Positions 11,436 through 20,886 of a stretch of DNA of 64,000 bases are shown here, one piece after another (the first letter of the stretch is position 1; every line of letters starts with the position of its first letter). Both the position numbers and the translations under genes were made by a program. The DNA comes from a bacterium (GTDB lineage Bacteria; UBA8248), in the NCBI GenBank assembly GCA_965204535.1, contig CBDBEV010000001.1, positions 2,528,001 to 2,592,000 of the forward strand. Direction: 5' to 3'. The notes under the pieces were generated by a model that worked only from the letters and a program-made list of their open reading frames with translations, ran no database searches and was not told the origin of the DNA.

Positions 11436-12461
11436 TCAACCCTTCGGGGTTTCAGGCGAAGCGGCGGGTTTTCGAAACTTGCTGAACAATCCGAGAATTC
11501 CCTCGACGCCGTAGAGGCGTCCCAACATGATGGTGATGATGTAGATGGCGCCCAGAATCAGCGGCCAGCGTTCCACGTAGATGCTGATGAATTGCTGCAG
11601 CGACCGGATGATGGCCGAGCCGATCACCGGGCCGACCAGCGTGGCGGGGCCGCCCAGCGCGACCATGAAAAGCGCCTCGGCCGAGGTGATGAGTTCGATG
11701 TCCGGCGGACTCACGAAGAGGTTGAACAGCGTCCACAAGACGCCCGAGACGCCGCTGAAAACGCCGGCGATGATGAACGCGAGGTATTTGTGGAGCCAGA
11801 TGTTGTAGCCGAGCATTTGCATGCGCTCCTCGCGCTCCCTGATGCCGACCAGCGTTTTTCCAAAGGGGCTTCTCACGAACATGTACATCAGGCCCAGGCA
11901 GATGAGGAACACCGCGAGCGTGAAGTAGAAGAACGGAATTTCCGATTCCAGCGATATGCCGAACAGGGACGGTCTCCCCAGCACGTTGATGCCGTTGTCC
12001 CCTTCGGTTACGGCGCTCCAGCGATACGCTAGGCCCCAGATGACCATGGCGAGAGAGAGGGTGATCATCAGGAAGTACACCCCCACGGCGCGGATGGCCA
12101 GAAAACCGAAAAACGCGGCGAAGGCGAGGGCCACGACCAGCGCGAATATGAAGATGTAGAAAAGGCCCAGCCCCAGCGAGTCCGCCCACTGGAAGGCGGC
12201 GAAGGTCCACGTCCAGTCTTCTTTCGTCATGATGATGGCCGTGGTGTAGGAGGCGACGCCGAAATAGGCGGCGTGTCCGAGAGAGGCCAGCCCGGTAAAG
12301 CCGAGCAGGAGGTCCAGGCTCATGGCCAGGATGCCGAAGACGAGGATCTCCGTCACCAGGCTCTGCATGAAAAGGTCGAGAAACGGCGTGACGACGCCGA
12401 GAGCGACGAAGGCGCCCAGCACGATGATCACCCTTCTTTTTTCCGCCAGGTTCTCCACCAA
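11436..12461 (-). CDS. livM: Branched-chain amino acid ABC transporter permease
   Basis: GLASLGHAAYFG, IRE-x-EER, GGPATLVGPVIG. Confidence 0.88.
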   Translation of the reverse strand: MVENLAEKRRVIIVLGAFVALGVVTPFLDLFMQSLVTEILVFGILAMSLDLLLGFTGLASLGHAAYFGVASYTTAIIMTKEDWTWTFAAFQWADSLGLGLFYIFIFALVVALAFAAFFGFLAIRAVGVYFLMITLSLAMVIWGLAYRWSAVTEGDNGINVLGRPSLFGISLESEIPFFYFTLAVFLICLGLMYMFVRSPFGKTLVGIREREERMQMLGYNIWLHKYLAFIIAGVFSGVSGVLWTLFNLFVSPPDIELITSAEALFMVALGGPATLVGPVIGSAIIRSLQQFISIYVERWPLILGAIYIITIMLGRLYGVEGILGLFSKFRKPAASPETPKG

Positions 12462-12464
12462 GGC

Positions 12465-13562
12465 TCAACCCTTTCCGAACAGGCCGGTCGGCTTGATCGC
12501 CAGAATGATGGCCATGGGCGCGAAGAGCGCGAAATAGGAGAGTTCGGGAAACAGCGCGGTCCCGAAGTTCTCGATGAAGCCGACCACGATGCTGCCGAGG
12601 ACGGCGCCGCCCAGGCTGCCGAGCCCCCCGATGATCACCACGGCGAACGCGTAGGGGAGGATCTCGAAGTCGAGCCCCGGGTAGACGCCGAAGAACGCGC
12701 CGCCCACCACGCCGCCCGTGGCGGCCAGCAGCGCTCCGATGGCGAATATCGCCATTTGCACGACGTTGGTGTTGATGCCAATGCCGCGCGCCATCTCGGG
12801 GTCGTCCACCGCCGCGCGCATGATGGCGCCGAGGCGGGTGCGCTCTATCCCCAGGAACAGGGCCGCGGCCACCACGACGGCGATGACGATCATGAAGGCG
12901 CGGTACTGGGGCAGCGAAAGGCCCCAGACGACGGCGCTGAAATTGAGGGGCCAGGGCTGTTTGAGCATGAAGTTGTCCCCGCCCCAGGTGTAGAGCGAGC
13001 CGTCTTGCAGGATGAACGCGAAGCCGATTGTCACCAGCACCTGGGAGAGCGTGTCCTGCCCGAGGCGGCGCAGAAAAAAGCGCTCGATGAACATTCCGCA
13101 CAATGCCGCAATGGCGAGGGCGACGACGATGGCGGCCAACATGCCCGGGAAATTGATCCTGTCGACCGGTTTGACGGGAACGTGCGGAAAGAAGAGTTCG
13201 AAGAATCTGAAGCCCCATACCAGGCTGCACAAGGTTTCCATTACGACGTAAGTGAGCAGCAGAGCCAACGCGGCGTGTCTGGGAGCGACGTACAAGTTGA
13301 GTCCCCGCCATGCGAAATAGAGCAGTGTCCACGAGACGAGTTGGATGATCCGGGGCATCAGGCTCAGGGAGCCGAAAATGATGTTGTAGAATTCCAGGGC
13401 GAGATAGCCGGCGAAGAGGAAAAAAGCGGCGTGCGCGAGGTTCACGATGCGCATCACGCCGAAGATGAGCGAGAGCCCGCTCGCCAGAAGAAACAGAATC
13501 GCGGCGTAGGAGAGGGAGTTAAAACTGAGAACGACAATGTTCGTGAAGCTTAGGGTGGTCAT
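12465..13562 (-). CDS. livH: Branched-chain amino acid ABC transporter permease with N-proximal hydrophobic insertion
   Basis: GLSLIFGVMRIVNLAH, IIGGLGS, KPTGLFG. Confidence 0.88.
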   Translation of the reverse strand: MTTLSFTNIVVLSFNSLSYAAILFLLASGLSLIFGVMRIVNLAHAAFFLFAGYLALEFYNIIFGSLSLMPRIIQLVSWTLLYFAWRGLNLYVAPRHAALALLLTYVVMETLCSLVWGFRFFELFFPHVPVKPVDRINFPGMLAAIVVALAIAALCGMFIERFFLRRLGQDTLSQVLVTIGFAFILQDGSLYTWGGDNFMLKQPWPLNFSAVVWGLSLPQYRAFMIVIAVVVAAALFLGIERTRLGAIMRAAVDDPEMARGIGINTNVVQMAIFAIGALLAATGGVVGGAFFGVYPGLDFEILPYAFAVVIIGGLGSLGGAVLGSIVVGFIENFGTALFPELSYFALFAPMAIILAIKPTGLFGKG

Positions 13563-13865
13563 TCATGTCTCTCTTTTATCCGCAAAAGGCGCGTCTCAAA
13601 AACAAATCCCCCACTGCGCGTTGCCGGGTCGTAAATCCGCACGGAAACACTTATGCAATATGAGCCTGAGCCTTTCATTATGTTCCCGATTCGAGGTATG
13701 GGTCAAGTTGATGCGAAACGGGGTTTTTCTCGACATCTTCTTTTTCGGTGGCGAAAACCGGCGCGGAAAGATAGAGTTCGTAATGTCGAAGACATCCATT
13801 TTGCGAGTATGGGCGGTGCGCGTTTCGTTTCTGTTAGGGTGATATTTCATTCCGGTTAAATAGCC

Positions 13866-15128
13866 ATGCGTGCAGAGACTCCCGAGGATAGAATTTTCAG
13901 GAATGCCAGAATTGGCTCTCAAGACGCATTGGTGGATTTTTGCGTCACTGAAGGCCTTTTTTCGAGAATTTCACCGGGTCTGGGCAACGATGCCGGCTGT
14001 GAAGAAGTCGATTTGGACGGCCGCGTCGTGCTGCCGACGTTCGTGGAGAGCCACATCCATCTCGACAAGGCGTTTTTGGAAGAACGCGAGCCCAATCGTT
14101 CCGGTACGCTCGAAGACGCCATTTCCATCACGCTGGCGCTCAAAAAAGGCGTAACGGAACAAGACATCATGGAGCGCGCCGAGCGCACGCTGCGCATGTG
14201 CATCCGGCACGGCGCCACGTGGTTTCGCGCGCAGGTGGAGGTCGACCCCATCGTCGGCCTCAAGGGAATGGAAGTCGCTCTGGCGCTCAGGGAGAAATAC
14301 GCAGGTCTTGCAGATTTTCAACTCGTCGTTTTCCCGCAAGAAGGCATCGAGCAGCAGCCGGGAACGGAGGATTTGATGCGCGAGGCGATGCGGATGGGAG
14401 GGGACCTCGTGGGCGCAATCCCGTACAACGACCTGGACGCTGAGCGGCATCTGGACATCGTTTTCGGAATGGCCGAGGCGTTCGGCTGCGGGCTGGATTT
14501 TCACCTCGATTTCGCGGACGACCCCCGGGTGAGGAATATCGAATCCGTGGCCGCCCGCACGATGGCCGCAGGTTTGCAGGGCCGAGTGGCCGTCGGCCAT
14601 CTCACCTCACTGGGCGCCATGGCGCCGGATGATGCCGCGCGGGTCATCGAGAAGATTTTCGAAGCGGGCATCTCCGTCCTGCCCTTGCCTGCGACGGATT
14701 TGTTCCTGGGCGGCAGGGGGGAAGAGCCGCCTCGTTTCAGGAGCCTCGCCCCCGTCAAAGACCTCCTGAGTGCGGGCGTCAACGTCGCCATTTCATCGAA
14801 CAACATCCGCAACGCCTTTACGCCATCGGGACGCGGCGATTTGCTGGAAATTGGCCTTCTCCTCGTCCATGCGCTCCACATGAGCGGCGCATCGGACAGA
14901 AGTCATGTCCCTGAGCTTTTCACGACCAACGGCGCAAAGGCGCTGGGGGTGGAGGATGGTTACGGCTTACGATCCGGTTGTGCGGCCGATTTCGTGGTTC
15001 TCGATTCTGTGAATTTCGACGATATCCTCATCGATCAACCCGAGAAGCGATTCGTGGTGAAAGGCGGGCGCATCGTCGTGGAGAACGTCTCGGAGACGAC
15101 CTGGCGGGAGGGGACTGGATGGGCGTGA
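13866..15128 (+). CDS. Amidohydrolase family, cytosine/creatinine deaminase-like
   Basis: HIHLDK metal motif, FPQEG, DFHLD, VGH. Divergent from the liv operon. Confidence 0.85.
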   Translation: MRAETPEDRIFRNARIGSQDALVDFCVTEGLFSRISPGLGNDAGCEEVDLDGRVVLPTFVESHIHLDKAFLEEREPNRSGTLEDAISITLALKKGVTEQDIMERAERTLRMCIRHGATWFRAQVEVDPIVGLKGMEVALALREKYAGLADFQLVVFPQEGIEQQPGTEDLMREAMRMGGDLVGAIPYNDLDAERHLDIVFGMAEAFGCGLDFHLDFADDPRVRNIESVAARTMAAGLQGRVAVGHLTSLGAMAPDDAARVIEKIFEAGISVLPLPATDLFLGGRGEEPPRFRSLAPVKDLLSAGVNVAISSNNIRNAFTPSGRGDLLEIGLLLVHALHMSGASDRSHVPELFTTNGAKALGVEDGYGLRSGCAADFVVLDSVNFDDILIDQPEKRFVVKGGRIVVENVSETTWREGTGWA

Positions 15129-16369
15129 TCACGAACGCGAACGCAGAGGCGTTCTCCCGCATCACCGAAGCCGACCCCGTCCTGGTGGACGTACGCCCGG
15201 CGGGCGAGGTGATACCGGGTCTGGAGGAGGGCGTTCTCCTGCACGCCGGCCCCCCGATCGAGTGGGCGCGGATGTGCGGCCCCCTGCGCGGGGCGATTGC
15301 GGGGGCGGTCGTCCTGGAGAGCTGGGCGGGAGATTTGGCCTCGGGCGAGGCGCTCGCCGCCTCGGGCGTCGTCGCCTTCCACCCCAATCATCATTTCGAC
15401 GCCGTCGGCCCCATGACGGGCATCACCACGCGCTCGATGCCGGTGATGATCGTTGAGAACAGAAAATTCGGAAACCGCGCCTATTGCACCCTGAACGAAG
15501 GTCTAGGGAAGGTAATGCGCTTCGGCGGAAACGACGAGGAGGTGCTGAACCGGCTTCGCTGGCTGGCGGAGCGCCTGGCGCCCGCGTTGTCCGAAGCCCT
15601 TAAGGCCGCGGGCGGGCTGCCGCTCAAGAGCATCGTCGCGCGGGGGCTTTCGATGGGAGACGAGATGCACCAGCGCAACGTGGCCTGCACGAGCCTCTTC
15701 ATGCGCGAGGCGGCGCCCGCGCTGGCGCGCGTCATGAGTGATGGCAAGGCGCTGGAGGATGTATTGTCCTTCATCGGCGGCAACGATCAGTTCTTCTTGA
15801 ACGTCGCGATGGCGACCGGCAAGGCGGTGATGGACCCGGTTCGAGGTATCGGGGCGTCCAGCATCGTTACGGCGATGTGCCGCAACGGAACGGACTTCGG
15901 GGTCCGGGTGAGTGCGACAGGGGATGAATGGTTCACGGCGCCGGTGGAGATGCCCGAGGGGTTGTATTTCCCCGGTTTCGGCGAGGACGACGCCAATCCG
16001 GACATGGGCGATTCCACGATCATCGAGACGATGGGGCTGGGCGGATTCGCCATGGCTGCAGCACCCGCCGTCGTCGGTTTCGTGGGTGCGGGAAGCGCGG
16101 CTGATGCGCTGAATTATTCGCGCGCCATGTACGAGATCACCCAGGGCCGAAACCCGGAGTGGACGATTCCCGCCCTTGATTTTGAGGGCGTTCCCACAGG
16201 GATAGACGTCACCAAGGTGGTGAAGCTGGGCGTCACGCCCGTCATCAACACAGGCATCGCGCATAAAGAACCGGGCGTCGGCCAGGTGGGCGCGGGCGTG
16301 GTTCGCGCACCGCTCGCCTGTTTCGAGCAGGCCTTGGAAGCCTATGGCGAGAAGATGGGCGTGGTCTGA
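15119..16369 (+). CDS. DUF1116 (YlbE/YahG-like) protein
   Basis: LHAGPPI, MGDEMHQRN, DMGDS, INTGIAHK motifs. ATG overlaps the end of the deaminase gene. Confidence 0.85.
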   Translation: MGVITNANAEAFSRITEADPVLVDVRPAGEVIPGLEEGVLLHAGPPIEWARMCGPLRGAIAGAVVLESWAGDLASGEALAASGVVAFHPNHHFDAVGPMTGITTRSMPVMIVENRKFGNRAYCTLNEGLGKVMRFGGNDEEVLNRLRWLAERLAPALSEALKAAGGLPLKSIVARGLSMGDEMHQRNVACTSLFMREAAPALARVMSDGKALEDVLSFIGGNDQFFLNVAMATGKAVMDPVRGIGASSIVTAMCRNGTDFGVRVSATGDEWFTAPVEMPEGLYFPGFGEDDANPDMGDSTIIETMGLGGFAMAAAPAVVGFVGAGSAADALNYSRAMYEITQGRNPEWTIPALDFEGVPTGIDVTKVVKLGVTPVINTGIAHKEPGVGQVGAGVVRAPLACFEQALEAYGEKMGVV

Positions 16370-16375
16370 GCCCCT

Positions 16376-18049
16376 TTAGTTCTCCAGGCGTTCGTATTCG
16401 ATGTGGGCGTCGATCAGGTACGGCTTGCCGCCCGCCAGCCCTTTCCCCACGGCCTCTTTGAATTCGGCAGGTGTTTTCGCCCGGATGGCGCTCACGCCCA
16501 TGGATTGGGCCATCTGGATGAAATCGAGTTCGGGCTCCTTGAAATCCATGGCGACGAATTGCCGGTGCTCCTGCGTTTTGCCGTCGAGTCTCAGGACCCG
16601 CTCTTTGAGAATCCGGTAGCTCTTGTTGTTGAGGATCACGAACAATGCGTCGAGATCATATTTCGCGGCGCTCCAGAGCGCCTGGATGGCGTACATCGCG
16701 GAACCGTCTCCCGAGAGGCAGACCACGGGCGTATCGGGCAAAGCCTTTTTGACGCCCAGCGCACTGGGCAGCCCGAGACCGATGCCGCCTCCCTTCATGC
16801 CGAAGATGGAATCTATCTTGTCGGCGATCGCGCTCTTGAGGCCTCCGCCGTGCCCCATGGTGAGGGATTCATCCACCAGCGCCGTTCCCTGGGGCAGGGC
16901 CTCTCCGAAAGCGGCCTGGAAAGTCTCTTTCGTCAAGGGGCCACTATCGTCGCCCGCCTTGGGGGCGATCTCCCTTCTCGAGGCCGCCAGTTCCTTCTCG
17001 ATCCACACACGGCGCTCGGCAGCACTTTGCAGGCCCGCTTCGCCCATTTTCTTCTCCACCGCCCCGGTGAGTTCTGTGAGCGTGGTCTTGGGGTCTCCCA
17101 GCATGGCGACGTCGACGGGGAAGTTCTTGCCGATCTCCCAGGGGTCCAGGTCCAGATGAATGATTTGGGCGCCGCGCGGCGCAAGCGGCCCCTCCGGCGG
17201 GAAGGAGAAAGTGTAGGTCTCCGTGCCGATGAAGAACACGACGTCCGCGTCTTCTATCTGATCCAGCAGCGGCTCGATTGTGTTCAGGAGTTCTCCCGCA
17301 TACAGGGGATGGGTGAGGGAGACCGAGAGGGAGTTCGGGCGGTTGTCGGAAAACACCTTCGCCCCGATGCGCTCCGCCAGCCGGGTGACTTCGCCCACCG
17401 CGCCCGAGCGGGTGACGCGCGAGCCGGTGACGATGTAGGGGTTCTCGGCTTCTGCGAGGGTCTGCGCCGCGCGGTCGATGGATTCCGCAGGTGCTGAAAA
17501 CGCGCTCGAAAGCCGCGTGGGGCGGCCCGTAAGCCCTCCCGTCTCGGCGAGCATGACGTCGCCGGGAAGCGAGAGGAAGACCGGACCCGTGGGCGGCGTG
17601 AGCGCGTATTTGATCGCCCGGCGGACGCTTTGCTCCAGATCCTCCACCCGGCGGACCTCGTAGGACCATTTGGTGAGCGGCTCCGCCATGCGCGGCAGAT
17701 CGTCCCAGAGTACGGGTTCCGAGAGTTGGCCGCGCTGTCCCTGGTTGCCCGCCGTGACGATGAGTGGCGTGCCGGCCCGCTTGATGTTGTAGAGCATTCC
17801 CATGGCGTTGCCGAGGCCGGGCGCGACGTGGAGGTTCACCACGCCCACGCCGCCCGTGGCGTAGGCGTAGCCCTCCGCCGCGCCGATGGTGACGGACTCC
17901 TGGAGGCAGAGGATGTAATCGAGCCTGCTCTCGTTCACCAGCGCGTCCATGAGGGGCAGCTCGGTGGTGCCCGGGTTGCCGAACATGCAGTCGACGCCCT
18001 CGTCGATGAGTGTTTCCAGGAACAGGTCCGAGCCGTTGCCTCTGTTCAT
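16376..18049 (-). CDS. ThDP-dependent enzyme, benzoylformate decarboxylase-like
   Basis: FGNPGTTELP, VVNLHVAPGLGNAMG, GDGS-X-NN ThDP motif. Confidence 0.85.
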   Translation of the reverse strand: MNRGNGSDLFLETLIDEGVDCMFGNPGTTELPLMDALVNESRLDYILCLQESVTIGAAEGYAYATGGVGVVNLHVAPGLGNAMGMLYNIKRAGTPLIVTAGNQGQRGQLSEPVLWDDLPRMAEPLTKWSYEVRRVEDLEQSVRRAIKYALTPPTGPVFLSLPGDVMLAETGGLTGRPTRLSSAFSAPAESIDRAAQTLAEAENPYIVTGSRVTRSGAVGEVTRLAERIGAKVFSDNRPNSLSVSLTHPLYAGELLNTIEPLLDQIEDADVVFFIGTETYTFSFPPEGPLAPRGAQIIHLDLDPWEIGKNFPVDVAMLGDPKTTLTELTGAVEKKMGEAGLQSAAERRVWIEKELAASRREIAPKAGDDSGPLTKETFQAAFGEALPQGTALVDESLTMGHGGGLKSAIADKIDSIFGMKGGGIGLGLPSALGVKKALPDTPVVCLSGDGSAMYAIQALWSAAKYDLDALFVILNNKSYRILKERVLRLDGKTQEHRQFVAMDFKEPELDFIQMAQSMGVSAIRAKTPAEFKEAVGKGLAGGKPYLIDAHIEYERLEN

Positions 18050-18082
18050 GTGTTCTCCCTCGCGAGAAATTTTTAGACCAGG

Positions 18083-19258
18083 TTAGAAGATGGATGCCGC
18101 CTCATTCTGACTCAAAACGAAGTTCGACGCCATTTGCAGGCACTTCTCCGTGCTGGGCGGCATCACCAGCGCGGCCCTGGCGTCGCGATGGAACCGCTGG
18201 AGCGGCTTGTCGTTCAACAGGCCGGGGCCTCCCGCGATTTTGAGCGCCTTTTCCGTCATGGAGGCCGCGGCTTCGGAGGCGGTGTATTTCGCCTCGTTGA
18301 TGAAGGGAATGGCCTTGGCCGCCCCCTCGGTTTCCAGCACCCAGGCGGCTTTCTGGATCATGATGAGCGCGGTCTCATAAGCGATTTTCATCTCCCCGAT
18401 CTGGCGCTGAATCGCCGGGTAGCTCGCAATGGGCACGTTGTCGGGTAGGAGTTTGCGCTTGAGCGCGTAGTCCACAATCCAGTCCAGCGCAGCGGCGCCC
18501 GCGCCCAGGTAGACGGCGGCGTAGCCCAGTCCGAACCTCGGCACGAAGTCTGGCTGGAGGATGCCCTCGCCCGTGCCCACGATGTTGCGCGCCGGAACCC
18601 GCACGTCCTCATAGGCAAGCGCGTGGCTGGCCGTGCCCCGCATGGCGAAGGCGTCCCAGCGGCTGGGGATGGTGATGCCGCCCAAGTTCTTGTCCAGTAC
18701 CGCCCAGCGCAGGCCGGCCTGGAGTTCCTCGACGCCTTCGAGCAGACACCAGAGCACATAATAATCCGCCTCACCGGCCATGGAGCAAAAATACTTCTGA
18801 CCGTTGATGAGGTATTCATTACCCTCTTTGCGCGCGCGCGTGGTGATGGTGCGGTTCCACTGGGGGCTGGAGGCCGCCTCGCCCGCGTGGCTGCCAAAGA
18901 TGGCCCCGTTCTGGGCTGCCTCGGCGAATCGGCTTTTTTGTTCTTCATTCGAGAGCGTGAGGAGAAAGTAGAGAATCGAGCTGTGCATGTGGAGGGTCAT
19001 GGCGGTGTTCGTGCAGCCCTTGCTCAGTTCGTGGAACACCATGGTGTAGCAGACCGGGTCGCTCCAGAGCGCCCGGCCCCCGTGGGATTCGGGCAGCGTG
19101 AGGCGCGTGAAGCCCGCCCGGATCAATGCGTCGAAGCTCTCTCTCGGAAAGCGTTGCTCCTGATCGCATTCGTCCGCGTAGGTAGCCAGTACGTCTCGGG
19201 CGATATCTGCGGCCTTGTCGATCAGAGCCTCGTTTTCCGGGTTTATGCGTAGGTCCAT
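18083..19258 (-). CDS. Acyl-CoA dehydrogenase-fold flavoprotein
   Basis: INGQKYFCS, MRGTAS, LQRFHRDAR. The canonical C-terminal catalytic Glu is absent. Confidence 0.85.
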   Translation of the reverse strand: MDLRINPENEALIDKAADIARDVLATYADECDQEQRFPRESFDALIRAGFTRLTLPESHGGRALWSDPVCYTMVFHELSKGCTNTAMTLHMHSSILYFLLTLSNEEQKSRFAEAAQNGAIFGSHAGEAASSPQWNRTITTRARKEGNEYLINGQKYFCSMAGEADYYVLWCLLEGVEELQAGLRWAVLDKNLGGITIPSRWDAFAMRGTASHALAYEDVRVPARNIVGTGEGILQPDFVPRFGLGYAAVYLGAGAAALDWIVDYALKRKLLPDNVPIASYPAIQRQIGEMKIAYETALIMIQKAAWVLETEGAAKAIPFINEAKYTASEAAASMTEKALKIAGGPGLLNDKPLQRFHRDARAALVMPPSTEKCLQMASNFVLSQNEAASIF

Positions 19259-19294
19259 GAATTCTCGTAGTAGTGCTCGATAATGAAAATGGTT

Positions 19295-20866
19295 TTACGT
19301 TTTCTCTTTCAGCAAACGGCGCAGTATTTTCCCGCTTCCCGACTTCGGGATGACGTCGATGAAGGCCACCGCTCGAATGTGTTTGTAGCCCGCAACTTTT
19401 TCGTTCACGAATTCCATCAGGGCCTCTTCGTCGACCTGTACGCCTTCTTTGGGCACCACGAAGGCCATGGGGACCTCACCGGCTTCGGGATCCTCACGGG
19501 GGACGACGGCCGCGTCCGCGACGTCGGGGTGTAGGTGCAGACACGCTTCCAACTCGGCGGGCGCGACGGCGAAGCCCTTATATTTGATCATCTCCTTTTT
19601 CCTGTCCATCAGATAGACGTAGCCCCCCTCGTCCACCCGCCCGATGTCGCCCGTATGGAGCCAGCCGTCGCGCAGCGCCTCGGCGGTGGCCTCGGGCGCG
19701 TTCCAGTAGCCTTTCATGATGTGGGGCCCCTTGATGATCAACTCGCCCGCCTCGCCCACGGGCAGTTCCTTGGTTCCCGTTTCCACGTCGACGATTTTCT
19801 GCTCCTGATCGGAGACGGGAGGCCCCACGGATTCCTCCCGGATCAGCGCTTCCTCCGGCGGATTCATGTGCGTGAGCGGCGAGGCTTCGGTGAGGCCGTA
19901 GCCCATGAAGGTGAGCACGCCCGTCCTCTCCTGCACGACGCGCCTCACCTCGGGCGGCAGGGGTGCTGCGCCGCTCATGATGTATCTCAAGGAGGAAAGG
20001 TCGTAGTCGCCCAGGTTTTCATGGTGCGCGATGGCCAGGAGCGCGGGCGGTACGCCATAGAAGAGCGTGAGTTTGTATTCTTCCACGAGGCGCAGGGCGT
20101 CGGGCACGGTGAAGCGTTTCATCAGCACGTGGGTGGCGCCGGCGAGAATCAACGCACCCATGATCAGCGCGCCGTAGATGTGATAGAGCGGCAGGAACAG
20201 GAGGCCCGAATCTTGGTCGGTGATGTGATGGTTCGCCACGCACTGGTGGTAATTCGACACCAGATTCCTGTGGGTGAGCATCACGCCTTTCGGGAGGCCC
20301 GTCGTGCCGCTCGAATAGGGCAGGGCGATTAAGTCCTCCGCGGTGTCGATTTGCGGTTCGGGGAGGTTCTCGGTGGAATGCGCGCCTATCCATTCCTCGA
20401 AGCGGGCGTCTCCTTCGTCGCCGTCCGTGACGATGATGGCTTCGAGCGCCGGGAGTTGCTTTTGCACTTCCCGAACCACGGCGGCACCCTCGGCCGTCGT
20501 GATCAGAATCTTCGCACCCGAATCGTTTAGCTGGTACGCGGCTTCGGCTTCCTTGTAGGCGGGGTTCATCGGCGTGAAGACGGCGCCTATCTTCGATGCG
20601 CCGAAAGCGGCGATTTCGAATTCGGCCGAATTGGGCAGGAACAGGCCGACGCGGTCCCCGACCCCGATGCCCGATGCGAGCATGGCGTGGGTGCAGGCGT
20701 TCGAGAGCACGTCGAGTTCGCGAAAACTCATGTGGATATCACCGTCCACCAGGGCGACGGCGTCCGGGCGGCGAGCGCACGCCGTCTTGAGCAGACCGTG
20801 GAACGCGTAATCGGGATATTCGAGCGGGGGACGGAAATAGGGAGGAAGGTTTGCGCTTTCACTCAT
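19295..20866 (-). CDS. AMP-dependent CoA ligase (4-coumarate/long-chain acyl-CoA ligase-like)
   Basis: PYSSGTTGLPKG, GYGLTE, WLHTGD, SGKILRR. Confidence 0.9.
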   Translation of the reverse strand: MSESANLPPYFRPPLEYPDYAFHGLLKTACARRPDAVALVDGDIHMSFRELDVLSNACTHAMLASGIGVGDRVGLFLPNSAEFEIAAFGASKIGAVFTPMNPAYKEAEAAYQLNDSGAKILITTAEGAAVVREVQKQLPALEAIIVTDGDEGDARFEEWIGAHSTENLPEPQIDTAEDLIALPYSSGTTGLPKGVMLTHRNLVSNYHQCVANHHITDQDSGLLFLPLYHIYGALIMGALILAGATHVLMKRFTVPDALRLVEEYKLTLFYGVPPALLAIAHHENLGDYDLSSLRYIMSGAAPLPPEVRRVVQERTGVLTFMGYGLTEASPLTHMNPPEEALIREESVGPPVSDQEQKIVDVETGTKELPVGEAGELIIKGPHIMKGYWNAPEATAEALRDGWLHTGDIGRVDEGGYVYLMDRKKEMIKYKGFAVAPAELEACLHLHPDVADAAVVPREDPEAGEVPMAFVVPKEGVQVDEEALMEFVNEKVAGYKHIRAVAFIDVIPKSGSGKILRRLLKEKT

Positions 20867-20886
20867 CGGTGTTGTTCCTCCATCCG

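Noticed and set aside
11468-11493. IS-end-like TTGCTGAACAATCC sequence
   Set aside because: It lies inside the livM coding region, has no partner end, and matches the IS1182 ends poorly.
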